From Olsenella intestinalis (lineage in GTDB: Bacteria; Actinomycetota; Coriobacteriia; Coriobacteriales; Atopobiaceae), in the NCBI RefSeq assembly GCF_023276655.1, contig NZ_JALGRK010000002.1:610433-642432 (forward strand): 32,000 nt of DNA, written 5' to 3'. This document shows, piece by piece, positions 21,413 to 29,974 of the stretch; position 1 is the first letter of the stretch; the number at the start of each line of letters is the position of its first letter. Below the pieces are notes generated by a model. That model searched no databases. It was not told the DNA's origin and saw only the letters and a list, made by a program, of their open reading frames with translations. Made by a program: the position numbers and the translations under genes.

Positions 21413-21892
21413 ATGGATTCATGCGACACGCAGGGCAAACGCGAGCCTGCGGAAGAATCCCTCGAGCGCCGTACGCTGCACGACTTTGGCTACTTCGGCC
21501 ACTTCCTGCATGTGTACGAGGGCGGCCGTGGCGGCAAGCAGCACATCCTCTCGAAGCTGTACTACCGCGACGGGCACCTCACGCAGAGGGAGTTGCTCGA
21601 GGCGACGTCGATCAGCTCGGCGGCGCTCTCGGAGGTGCTCTCCAAGCTCGAGTGCGAGGGCCTCATCACGAGGTCGCGCTCGGACCAGGACAAGCGCCAG
21701 CAGGTCATCCTGCTCACCGACGAGGGGCACACCCGCGCGGAGGAGACGGTCAGGGCACGAGAGGAGTTCGAGGAGATGTCCCTCGGCGTGCTCACCGAGG
21801 ACGAGAAGAGCGCCCTCGTCGACATGCTCGACCGCGTCCGCGCGCACTGGCGTGAGATTGAAGGAAGGAAGGCAGAATGCAAAAGGAACTAA
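21413..21892 (+). CDS. MarR family transcriptional regulator
   Basis: Winged-HTH region LTQRELLEATSISSAALSEVLSKLECEGLITRSRSDQDKRQQVILLTDEG. The track start is 21389. ATG 21413 is preferred because AAGGAGGA lies 4-5 nt upstream. Confidence 0.85.
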   Translation: MDSCDTQGKREPAEESLERRTLHDFGYFGHFLHVYEGGRGGKQHILSKLYYRDGHLTQRELLEATSISSAALSEVLSKLECEGLITRSRSDQDKRQQVILLTDEGHTRAEETVRAREEFEEMSLGVLTEDEKSALVDMLDRVRAHWREIEGRKAECKRN

Positions 21893-23703
21893 CGCTGCGA
21901 GACATTATCTCCACGCTGTCCCGCAGCGTGCGTGAGTACAAGAAGACGTCACTCCTGACCCCGGTGCTCGTCATCGGCGAGGTCGTCATCGAGTGCATCA
22001 TCCCCTTCATCACCGCGCAGCTCATCACCGAGATGCAGCTGGGCTGCGGCGTCGACGTGATCTGCCGCTACGGCATCGTACTCGTCGCGCTCGCGCTCGT
22101 CTCGCTGGCCTGCGGCGGCGCGGCGGGCATCACGTGCTCCGTCGCCGCGACCGGGTTCGCCAAGAACCTGCGCCACGACATGTTCGCGAGCATCCAGCGC
22201 TTCTCGTTCTCCAACATCGACCGCTTCTCGACGAGCTCGCTCGTGACGCGCCTCACGACCGACACCAACAACGTCCAGCTCGCCTACATGATGATCATCC
22301 GTACCGCGATCCGCTCCCCGCTCATGATCATCTTCGCGATCGTGATGGCCTTCATCACCGGCGGCGCGATGGCCGTGGTCTACGTCATCGTCTCGCTCCT
22401 GCTCGGCGCGGCCCTCATCGGCATCGCGTGCAAGGTCATGCCCATGTTCCGCCGCATCTTCAAGCGCTACGACGCCCTGAACGACTCCGTCGAGGAGAAC
22501 GTCTCGGGCATCCGCGTCGTCAAGTCGTTCGTCCGCGAGGACTACGAGCGCGAGAAGTTCAACCGCGCCTCCGGCTCGCTCTTCCGCGACTTCTCGCACG
22601 TCGAGCGCATCCTCAACCTCAACATGCCGCTCATGTCCTTCGCCGTCGACACCGTCTACGCCTTCGTGATCTTCTTCGGCTCCAAGGCGATCGTCGAGAG
22701 CGCCGGCCAGGCCATGCAGGTCGGCCAGATGTCGGCCCTCATCACCTACGGCTTCTCGATGCTCATCTCGCTCATGATGTTCTCGATGATCTTCGTTATG
22801 GTCACGATGTCCGAGGAGAGCGCGAGGCGCATCTCCGAGGTCATCCTCGAGGAGCCCGACCTCCACAACCCCGCCGAGCCGATCACCGCCGTCGCCGACG
22901 GCTCGATCGACTTCGACCACGTGAGCTTCGAGTACTCCGACAAGGCCGAGCGCATGGCCCTCGACGACATCGACCTCCACATCAAGAGCGGCGAGGTCAT
23001 CGGCGTCATCGGCGGCACCGGCTCGTCCAAGACGACCCTCATCCAGCTCATCAGCCGCCTCTACGACGCCACCAAGGGCCAGGTCAGGGTCGGCGGCCGC
23101 GACGTCCGCGACTACGACCTCGACACCCTGCGCGACCAGGTCGCCGTCGTCCTGCAGCGCAACGTGCTCTTCTCGGGCACCATCGCAGAGAACCTGCGCT
23201 GGGGAGACGAGCACGCCACCGACGAGGAGCTCGTCCACGCGTGCAAGCTCGCGCAGGCCGACGAGTTCGTCCAGCTCATGCCCGACAAGTACGACACCTA
23301 CATCGAGCAGGGCGGCACCAACGTCTCCGGCGGCCAGAAGCAGCGCCTCTGCATCGCCCGAGCGCTGCTCAAGAAGCCCAAGGTCCTCATCCTCGACGAC
23401 TCCACCTCGGCCGTCGACACCAAGACCGACAAGCTGATCCGCAAGGGCTTCAGGGAGTTCATCCCCGAGACCACCAAGATCATCATCGCCCAGCGCACGA
23501 GCTCGGTGGAGGACGCCGACCGCATCGTCGTCCTCGACGGCGGTCGCATCGCCGCCGTGGGCACCCACGACGAGCTTCTGCGCAGCAACGACATCTACCG
23601 CGAGACGTACATGAGCCAGAACAAGCAGTCGCACGACGAGAAGATGGGCGCGATCGACATGCCCGGCGACGCCAAGGGAGAGGAGGTCGAGCAGCATGAC
23701 TAA
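21877..23703 (+). CDS. ABC exporter permease/ATPase half-transporter (degenerate-site subunit of a heterodimer)
   Basis: 608 aa; six TM helices followed by an NBD. Walker A GGTGSSKTT, signature VSGGQKQR, Walker B LILDDS, where Asp replaces the catalytic Glu. A strong RBS AAGGAAGGAAGG is present. The gene overlaps the marR end by 16 nt. Confidence 0.93.
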   Translation: MQKELTLRDIISTLSRSVREYKKTSLLTPVLVIGEVVIECIIPFITAQLITEMQLGCGVDVICRYGIVLVALALVSLACGGAAGITCSVAATGFAKNLRHDMFASIQRFSFSNIDRFSTSSLVTRLTTDTNNVQLAYMMIIRTAIRSPLMIIFAIVMAFITGGAMAVVYVIVSLLLGAALIGIACKVMPMFRRIFKRYDALNDSVEENVSGIRVVKSFVREDYEREKFNRASGSLFRDFSHVERILNLNMPLMSFAVDTVYAFVIFFGSKAIVESAGQAMQVGQMSALITYGFSMLISLMMFSMIFVMVTMSEESARRISEVILEEPDLHNPAEPITAVADGSIDFDHVSFEYSDKAERMALDDIDLHIKSGEVIGVIGGTGSSKTTLIQLISRLYDATKGQVRVGGRDVRDYDLDTLRDQVAVVLQRNVLFSGTIAENLRWGDEHATDEELVHACKLAQADEFVQLMPDKYDTYIEQGGTNVSGGQKQRLCIARALLKKPKVLILDDSTSAVDTKTDKLIRKGFREFIPETTKIIIAQRTSSVEDADRIVVLDGGRIAAVGTHDELLRSNDIYRETYMSQNKQSHDEKMGAIDMPGDAKGEEVEQHD

Positions 23704-25681
23704 GAACACCGAAGCCACCAAGGCAGACGAGACCAAGAGGGACCAGGCCGCCCAGGCGCCTGCCGCCGAGAAGAGCGGACGCCGCGAGGGGCACGGCGCC
23801 TCCCACCCCGGCCTCGTCCTCAAGCGCGTGCTCGGGCTCGTGTTCGAGTTCTACCCCATCCGCACGGCCGCGATCATCTTCTGCATCGTCCTGGCCGCGA
23901 TCCTGACGTCGCTGCCGTCCGTCTTCATGCAGCGGGCCCTCGAGATCGTCGGCCGCTACTGGCAGGCGGGCGACTGGGCCGGCGCCTCGGCGGAGATCGC
24001 CCCGCTCGTGCTCCAGCTCATCGGCCTCTACGTTGTCGCCATCACCTGCAACACGGTCCAGGGCCAGCTGAGCGCCATCGTGACGCAGGGCACCCTCATG
24101 AAGATCCGCAACAAGATGTTCGGTCACATGGAGGGCCTGCCCATCCGCTACTTCGACCAGAACCAGCGCGGCGACATCATGTCGACCTACACCAACGACG
24201 TCGACACCCTGCGTCAGCTCATCAGCCAGGCGCTGCCCAACCTGCTCACCATGGTCATGCAGATGGTCTTCACGACCGTCATCATGCTCTGGTACTCGAT
24301 CCCCCTCACGCTCGTCGTCTTCGTCATGGTCTTCGTCATGATGTGGCTCACGCGCTTCCTGGGCGGCCGCTCCGCTCGCTTCTTCCTCGCGCAGCAGGTC
24401 TCCCTCGCCAAGGTCGAGGGCTTTGCCGAGGAGGCCATGAGCGGTCAGAAGGTCGTCAAGGTCTTCACGCACGAGAGGCAGCAGCAGGATAAGTTCGACG
24501 AGGTCAACGAGAAGCTCTTCGAGGACGCCAAGAGCGCCAACATCTACGGCAACACCCTCGCCCCGGTCCTGATGAACCTCGGCAACATCGCCTACGTCAT
24601 CGTGGCTCTCGCCGGCGGCACCCTGATCGCCGTGGGCGCGCCGAGCCTCTCGGTCTCGGGCATGGTGCTCGGTGTCGACATCGTCGTCCCCTTCCTCAAC
24701 CTCACGAAGCGCTTCGCCGGCTCGATCGGCCAGGTCTCCCAGCAGATCAACTTCGTCGTCATGGGCCTCGCGGGCGCCGAGCGCATCTTCGGCCTGCTCG
24801 ACCAGGAGAGCGAGCACGACGAGGGCTACGTCACGCTCGTCAACGCCAAGCCCGACGGAAAGGGCGGCGTGACCGAGACCGACGAGCGCACGAGCCTCTG
24901 GGCCTGGAAGCACCCACACGGCGACGGCACCGTGACCTACACCGAGCTCAAGGGTGACGTCCGCCTCGAGAGCGTCGACTTCGGCTACACGCCCGACCAC
25001 ATGGTCCTGCACGACATCTCGCTGTTCGCCAAGCCCGGTCAGAAGGTGGCCTTCGTCGGCGCGACCGGTGCCGGCAAGACGACCATCACGAACCTCATCA
25101 ACCGCTTCTACGACATCCAGGGCGGCAAGATCCGCTACGACGGCATCAACATCACCAAGATCCGCAAGGACGACCTGCGCCGCTCGCTCGGCATCGTCCT
25201 GCAGGACGTCAACCTGTTCACGGGCACGGTCATGGACAACATCCGCTACGGCCGCCTCGGCGCCACCGACGAGGAGTGCATCGCGGCCGCAAGGCTCGTC
25301 GGCGCGGACTCCTTCATCACCCGCCTGCCCGAGGGCTACCAGACGATGCTGACCGACAACGCCGCGAACCTCTCGCAGGGCCAGAGGCAGCTGCTCTCCA
25401 TCGCCCGCGCAGCCGTCGCCGACCCGCCCGCGATGATCCTCGACGAGGCCACGTCCTCGATCGACACCCGCACCGAGGCCATAGTCTCGCGCGGCATGGA
25501 CGCCCTCATGGCCGGGCGCACGACCTTCGTCATCGCGCACCGCCTCTCGACGGTCCGCAACGCGAACGTGATCATCGTCCTCGACCACGGCAACATCATC
25601 GAGCGCGGCACCCACGAGGAGCTCATCGCCCAGAAGGGCACGTACTACCAGCTCTACACCGGCGCCTTCGAGCTCGAGTAG
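23696..25681 (+). CDS. ABC exporter permease/ATPase half-transporter (consensus-site subunit)
   Basis: 661 aa; a TMD followed by an NBD. Walker A GATGAGKTT, signature LSQGQRQL, canonical Walker B MILDEATS, and H-loop AHRLST. There is an 8-nt overlap with the preceding ABC gene. Confidence 0.93.
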   Translation: MTKNTEATKADETKRDQAAQAPAAEKSGRREGHGASHPGLVLKRVLGLVFEFYPIRTAAIIFCIVLAAILTSLPSVFMQRALEIVGRYWQAGDWAGASAEIAPLVLQLIGLYVVAITCNTVQGQLSAIVTQGTLMKIRNKMFGHMEGLPIRYFDQNQRGDIMSTYTNDVDTLRQLISQALPNLLTMVMQMVFTTVIMLWYSIPLTLVVFVMVFVMMWLTRFLGGRSARFFLAQQVSLAKVEGFAEEAMSGQKVVKVFTHERQQQDKFDEVNEKLFEDAKSANIYGNTLAPVLMNLGNIAYVIVALAGGTLIAVGAPSLSVSGMVLGVDIVVPFLNLTKRFAGSIGQVSQQINFVVMGLAGAERIFGLLDQESEHDEGYVTLVNAKPDGKGGVTETDERTSLWAWKHPHGDGTVTYTELKGDVRLESVDFGYTPDHMVLHDISLFAKPGQKVAFVGATGAGKTTITNLINRFYDIQGGKIRYDGINITKIRKDDLRRSLGIVLQDVNLFTGTVMDNIRYGRLGATDEECIAAARLVGADSFITRLPEGYQTMLTDNAANLSQGQRQLLSIARAAVADPPAMILDEATSSIDTRTEAIVSRGMDALMAGRTTFVIAHRLSTVRNANVIIVLDHGNIIERGTHEELIAQKGTYYQLYTGAFELE

Positions 25682-25708
25682 CGAACGCAGCCATAGGCAC
25701 CGCGTCCC

Positions 25709-25742
25709 GGGGGCGCCTCGCGAAAGCGGGGCGCCCCTTTTT
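25709..25742 (+). terminator. Strong rho-independent terminator after the ABC operon
   Basis: GGGGCGCC-U-CGC-GAAA-GCG-G-GGCGCCCC: a 12-pair stem including one G-U, with a GAAA tetraloop (25710-25737). It is followed by TTTTT (25738-25742). Confidence 0.85.
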
Positions 25743-25805
25743 CGGGCGAGGCGGGCGCGCGACCCAGGCCCGGCCCCACCAAAGGGGCATGCCCCTCTCC
25801 CCTGC

Positions 25806-25834
25806 GTGCCACTTTTGGCCCGCGCTGGTAGAAT
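25806..25834 (+). promoter_or_regulatory. Candidate promoter of the cyclophilin gene (extended -10 TGgTAGAAT)
   Basis: GTGCCA (25806-25811), a 17-nt spacer, and TAGAAT (25829-25834) preceded by TG at 25826-25827. This is a motif match only. Confidence 0.4.
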
Positions 25835-25901
25835 GGACGGGCTGGCGCACGCCGCCAGAGGCATCACACGTCGAGAGGAGCACCCCTTGCTGTTCGAACC
25901 G

Positions 25902-26573
25902 ATGACCCGCCGCACGTTCCTTCGCGCCGCCGCCTGCGGGACCGGCGCCCTCGCCCTCAGTGCCTGCTCCGGGCAGGCGCAGCCCAGCTCCGACTCCGGC
26001 AAGCAGGGCGACGATGCGAAGTTCGGCAGCGCCTCGGACAAGCTCCTCACCAAGCCGCTCGACAACGGCTACTCGTCGGGCATGCACCACGCGGTGATCG
26101 AGGTCGCCAACTTTGGCACGATCGAGGTCGAGCTCAACGCGACCAACACGCCCATCACGGTCAGCAACTTCGCGCAGCTCGTCAACGACGGCTTCTACAA
26201 CGGCCTGACCTTTCACCGCATCATCAGCGGCTTCATGATCCAGGGCGGCGACCCCAAGGGCGACGGCACCGGCGGGTCGCAGCGCAACATCAAGGGCGAG
26301 TTCTCCGCCAACGGCGTGGTGAACGCCATCCGCCACAAGCGCGGCACCATCTCGATGGCGAGGTCGAACGACAACAACTCCGCAAGCTCCCAGTTCTTCA
26401 TCATGCACCAGGAGAGTTCCAGCCTCGACGGCAACTACGCGGCCTTCGGCAACGTGACCAGCGGCATGGAGGTCGTCGACGCCATCGCCGAGAACACCCC
26501 CGTGACCGACTCCAACGGCACGGTCGCCAAGGAGAACCAGCCCACCATCACGTCGATCAAGATGGTGGACTAG
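25902..26573 (+). CDS. Cyclophilin-type peptidyl-prolyl cis-trans isomerase, predicted Tat-exported lipoprotein
   Basis: Cyclophilin core FHRIISGFMIQGGDPKGDGTGG and GTISMARSNDNNSASSQFFI. The N-terminus MTRRTFLRAAACGTGALALSAC carries a twin-arginine motif (T-R-R-x-F-L) plus a lipobox (LSAC). The start is ATG 25902, or TTG 25887, which sits 6 nt after GAGAGGAG. The track start 25806 is rejected. Confidence 0.9.
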   Translation: MTRRTFLRAAACGTGALALSACSGQAQPSSDSGKQGDDAKFGSASDKLLTKPLDNGYSSGMHHAVIEVANFGTIEVELNATNTPITVSNFAQLVNDGFYNGLTFHRIISGFMIQGGDPKGDGTGGSQRNIKGEFSANGVVNAIRHKRGTISMARSNDNNSASSQFFIMHQESSSLDGNYAAFGNVTSGMEVVDAIAENTPVTDSNGTVAKENQPTITSIKMVD

Positions 26574-26578
26574 CGCAC

Positions 26579-27523
26579 ATGACCCTGCGTCGAACCTGGA
26601 ACAAGGCTCCTCTCGCCCTGCGCGGCGCCGCGGCATGCGCCACTGCGCTCGCGCTCGCACTCACGTGCGCGCCCGGTCGCGCCCACGCCGAGACCCTCGA
26701 GGACCTGCAGAACAAGGCCATCGAGGCGAACCGCATCTTCGAGGATGCGCAGGCCCGCGCCCGCGAGGCAGAGGACGGCGTGCGCGCCAACGAGGCGAGG
26801 ATCGCCCAGCTGCAGGGCACGCTGCCCGAGCGGCGCGACCGCGCGAAGGCCGCCATCCGAGCCAGCTACAAGCTCAGCCAGATGCAGGGCGACCTGCTGC
26901 TGTTGCTGCTGTCGTCCGAGGACTTCAACAAGTTCCTGACGCAGGCCGTCTACCTCGACGCCATCAGCCAGTCCAACGCCGCCGCCGTAAGCGACCTCAC
27001 GAACTCGATCAAGGAGCTCGAGAACGCGCGCACGGCGCTGTCCCAGCAGGCCGAGGCCGCGCGTCGCGCGACCGACGAGGCCGCTGCCGAGAAGGCCAAG
27101 GCCGAGGCGGCGAAAAGCGTTGCCGAGGCCATGGCGAAGTCCGGCTCCGAGGAGGCGCGGGCCCGGTGGGAGGCCGGCGAGATCGACGACGCCACCCTCG
27201 CGACGATCGAGGCGACGAGCGCCCAGGTGGCGTCCGGCGAGTACAGCTTCGTGGCAGCCTCGACCTACGGCGAGGGTGACGGCTTCATGTACGGCACGAC
27301 GGCCTCGGGCGACATCGTCACCCCGACCTCGATGGGGGTCGCCATGCGCTCGATGCCGCTCGGCACGATCATCGAGATCACCTACGAGGGCGCGACGGTG
27401 CGCGCCGTCGTCAACGACCGCGGTCCCTACGTGGGAGACCGCCAGATCGACCTGCAGCCCGCAGTCGCCCACGCGCTCGGCTTCTCCGGCGTCGGCATGC
27501 TGGGCTATCGCGTGGTGAACTAG
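26579..27523 (+). CDS. Secreted coiled-coil protein with C-terminal RlpA-like double-psi beta-barrel (lytic transglycosylase-like) domain
   Basis: Signal peptide ending AHA-ETL, then ~190 aa of heptad-rich Ala/Glu/Lys sequence. The C-terminus reads ASTYGEGDGFMYGTTASGDIV...MPLGTIIEITYEGATVRAVVNDRGPYVGDRQIDLQPAVAHALG, matching the RlpA/DPBB pattern (AS-x-YG, TASG, NDRGP, IDL). Confidence 0.75.
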   Translation: MTLRRTWNKAPLALRGAAACATALALALTCAPGRAHAETLEDLQNKAIEANRIFEDAQARAREAEDGVRANEARIAQLQGTLPERRDRAKAAIRASYKLSQMQGDLLLLLLSSEDFNKFLTQAVYLDAISQSNAAAVSDLTNSIKELENARTALSQQAEAARRATDEAAAEKAKAEAAKSVAEAMAKSGSEEARARWEAGEIDDATLATIEATSAQVASGEYSFVAASTYGEGDGFMYGTTASGDIVTPTSMGVAMRSMPLGTIIEITYEGATVRAVVNDRGPYVGDRQIDLQPAVAHALGFSGVGMLGYRVVN

Positions 27524-27579
27524 GGACGGGTTCGGCGTGGCAAGGCGCCGCTCGGGGTGAGGGCGCAGGCTCTTCTCGC

Positions 27580-29496
27580 CTACTTGCGGCGACGACGGCT
27601 CTGCTCGCTGACGACCTGGCGGAAGACCCAGAGGCCGAGCGCGAGCGCGACGATGTAGCCCACGAAGCCGATCACGGGGATGCCGAAGATGACCGGCTGG
27701 ATGCGGGCGAAGTAGACCACGGACGAGCCGATGAAGAGGCCTGCGATGACGATGCCCATGGTGAGGCGGTCGGCGGCGTGGGCGAGGTCGCCGACGGGGT
27801 CGTCGTATCCGTCCAGGTCGAGCTTCATCTTGAGCTGGCCGCGCGTGAGCATGCTCATCGCGGTGTCGAGCTGGGAGGCGGCCTTGAGCACGCCGTGCGT
27901 GGCGGCGTAGCCCTCGCGCGTGAGGCGCTTGACCTCCTGGGTGGCGAGGTCGGAGACGCTCGCATGAGCTTTGATGTGCCGGCGCACGATCTCGACGATA
28001 GACACGCCAGGCAGGAACTCGTCGACGACGCCCTCGAGCGTCACGAGCGAGCGCGCGAGCATCGTGACCGTGCCGGGCAGCTCGATGCCGCTCTTGCGCG
28101 CCATGGCGACGAGCGCGTTGAGGAACTGCGCCAGGTCGAGGTCCGCGAGGTCGGCCTCGCCGAAGTCGTCGATGATCCGGTCGAGGTCGGCAAGGAGGCC
28201 GGCGTGGTCGACCGACGAGGGCTCGGAGACCGAGAAGCGAAGGAGCCCGTTCTTGAGCGCCGCGGCGTCGCGCATGGCGACCGCCTCGACCATGTCCGAC
28301 AGCGCGGCACGGTCATGGGCGGAGAGCCTGCCCATGATGCCGAGGTCCATGTAGACGATCTTGCCGTCGTGGATGACGAGGTTGCCGGGGTGGGGGTCCG
28401 CGTGGAAGAATCCGTCGTCGACCATCTGCTTGGTGTAGTTGTCGACGAGCTTCTCCCCTATCTCGACGAGGTCGTAGCCCTCCTTGACGAGGCGGTCGGT
28501 GTCGTCGATCGAGATGCCGTCGACGTAGTCCATGACGACCACGTGCTCGGTGCAGAGCCTGGGATAGGGCTTCGGGCAGTCAACGAAGGCGCAGTCGGCG
28601 TTGTTGCGGCGGAACTCCTCGAGCGAGCGGGACTCGACGAGGAAGTCGGTCTCCTCGCGGAAGGACTGCCACAGCTCGCTCACGACCGACTGCAGGTCGA
28701 GGAACTGCTCGTCGCCCACGAAGAGGGACGAGTGGCGCGCGAGCGAGCGCATGATCGAGATGTCCTGCGCCATGATCTCCTGCACGTGCGGGCGCTGGAC
28801 CTTGACGGCCACGAGCTCGCCCGTGACGAGGCGCGCCTTGTGCACCTGCGCGACCGACGCCGAGCCCAGGGGAACGTCGTCGATCGCGTCGAAGATCTCC
28901 TCGATCGGGGTGTCGTACTCGGCGCGCAGGGTCTCGAGCACGAGGTCTCGGTCCATCGGCTCCACGTCGGAGCGCAGCTTCGCGAGCTCGTCGCAGAAGG
29001 TCTGGGGAAGGATCTCGGAGCGCATCGAGAGGATCTGGCCCGCCTTCACGAAGGTCGGGCCGAGCTCCTCGAGGAGCTTGCGGAACGTCTCGGGCGTGAG
29101 CCCGTGGAAGACGTCGTAGTGGCTCGCGATCGCGAGGATCTCCTTCAGGCGACGCGCCTTCTTGCGCCGCGAGATCTGGTAGCGCACGCTCTCGGAGGTG
29201 CGCCCGCCGAACAGGCCGATGGTGTCGCTCCAGACCGGCGTCTCCATCTCGACGTAGGACTGGTACCAGTCGGCGCCGCTGTAGGGCTCGTCGGCGAACA
29301 CGCTGCCCGTGGCGGGGTCGTCGCGCTTGGGGTCGGGCTCGTCGGCAGGCTCATCCCCGGCCTCGGGCGCGTCCTCCGTCTCGGCGGCGCCTTCAGGCAC
29401 GGCGGTCGCCGCATCCTCTGACGCGGCAGCGCTCGCCTGGCCCTCCGTCTCGGGGACCTCGGCGCGCTCTTCTCTCTTGGTGGAGTCGTCCGACAA
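27580..29496 (-). CDS. ABC1/UbiB/AarF family atypical protein kinase with two C-terminal TM helices
   Basis: Motifs LGPTFVKAGQILSMRSEILP, GSASVAQVHKARL, FFHADPHPGNLVI and VYMDLGIMGRL. The C-terminal hydrophobic pair is MGIVIAGLFIGSSVVYF / GIPVIGFVGYIVALALGLWVF. The track start is a TTG at 29496, 10 nt after the phasin-like stop. No clear SD is seen, so the start is uncertain. The N-terminus is acidic and low-complexity. Confidence 0.9.
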   Translation of the reverse strand: MSDDSTKREERAEVPETEGQASAAASEDAATAVPEGAAETEDAPEAGDEPADEPDPKRDDPATGSVFADEPYSGADWYQSYVEMETPVWSDTIGLFGGRTSESVRYQISRRKKARRLKEILAIASHYDVFHGLTPETFRKLLEELGPTFVKAGQILSMRSEILPQTFCDELAKLRSDVEPMDRDLVLETLRAEYDTPIEEIFDAIDDVPLGSASVAQVHKARLVTGELVAVKVQRPHVQEIMAQDISIMRSLARHSSLFVGDEQFLDLQSVVSELWQSFREETDFLVESRSLEEFRRNNADCAFVDCPKPYPRLCTEHVVVMDYVDGISIDDTDRLVKEGYDLVEIGEKLVDNYTKQMVDDGFFHADPHPGNLVIHDGKIVYMDLGIMGRLSAHDRAALSDMVEAVAMRDAAALKNGLLRFSVSEPSSVDHAGLLADLDRIIDDFGEADLADLDLAQFLNALVAMARKSGIELPGTVTMLARSLVTLEGVVDEFLPGVSIVEIVRRHIKAHASVSDLATQEVKRLTREGYAATHGVLKAASQLDTAMSMLTRGQLKMKLDLDGYDDPVGDLAHAADRLTMGIVIAGLFIGSSVVYFARIQPVIFGIPVIGFVGYIVALALGLWVFRQVVSEQSRRRRK

Positions 29497-29506
29497 GGGT
29501 CAGCCG

Positions 29507-29854
29507 CTACTCGGCGTCCTGGGCCGGCTCTTCGACCTCGACCTCGACGGGCTCGGCATCGAGGTCGTCGGCGATCTTCTGGGCGTTCTTGATCCAGGCC
29601 GCACGCTCCTCGGCGCTCATGTTCTTGAGCCTCGCGCGCAGGACCGCGTCGGAGGCGCCCGAAGTGGCCTCGGCGGCCTTGTGTTTGAGCTCCTCGTTGA
29701 CGGCCTTGCCCTGCTCGACCGTGAGCTCGCCCTTCTCGACGAGGTCGTTCACGACGTCGGCGGTCTTCTCGGCACCGACGGCGACGGCGCCGACGCCAGC
29801 CAGGAAGACCTTGCGCGCGACGTCACTCAGAGAATCGAAGTCGAAGCTTGCCAT
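29507..29854 (-). CDS. Phasin-like small protein (COG3937-type)
   Basis: Preferred start is ATG 29854 (MASFDFDSLSDVARKVFLAGVGAVAVGAEKTADVVNDLVEKGELTVEQGKAVNEEL...), with AAAGGGGA 8 nt upstream. The LAGVGA...LVEKGEL pattern matches the phasin-like family, and the tail is acidic. The assignment is from memory of the family pattern, not from a search. Confidence 0.55.
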   Translation of the reverse strand: MASFDFDSLSDVARKVFLAGVGAVAVGAEKTADVVNDLVEKGELTVEQGKAVNEELKHKAAEATSGASDAVLRARLKNMSAEERAAWIKNAQKIADDLDAEPVEVEVEEPAQDAE

Positions 29855-29974
29855 AGGGCACATCCCCTTTCGGTTTTGACCACATTTCATACACACAATA
29901 CCCGAGCGTGCGCATTAGGCACCGACGCTTTGCCGATGCGGTCGACATTGGGCGCCCAGCGTGGCGAGAAGAGC

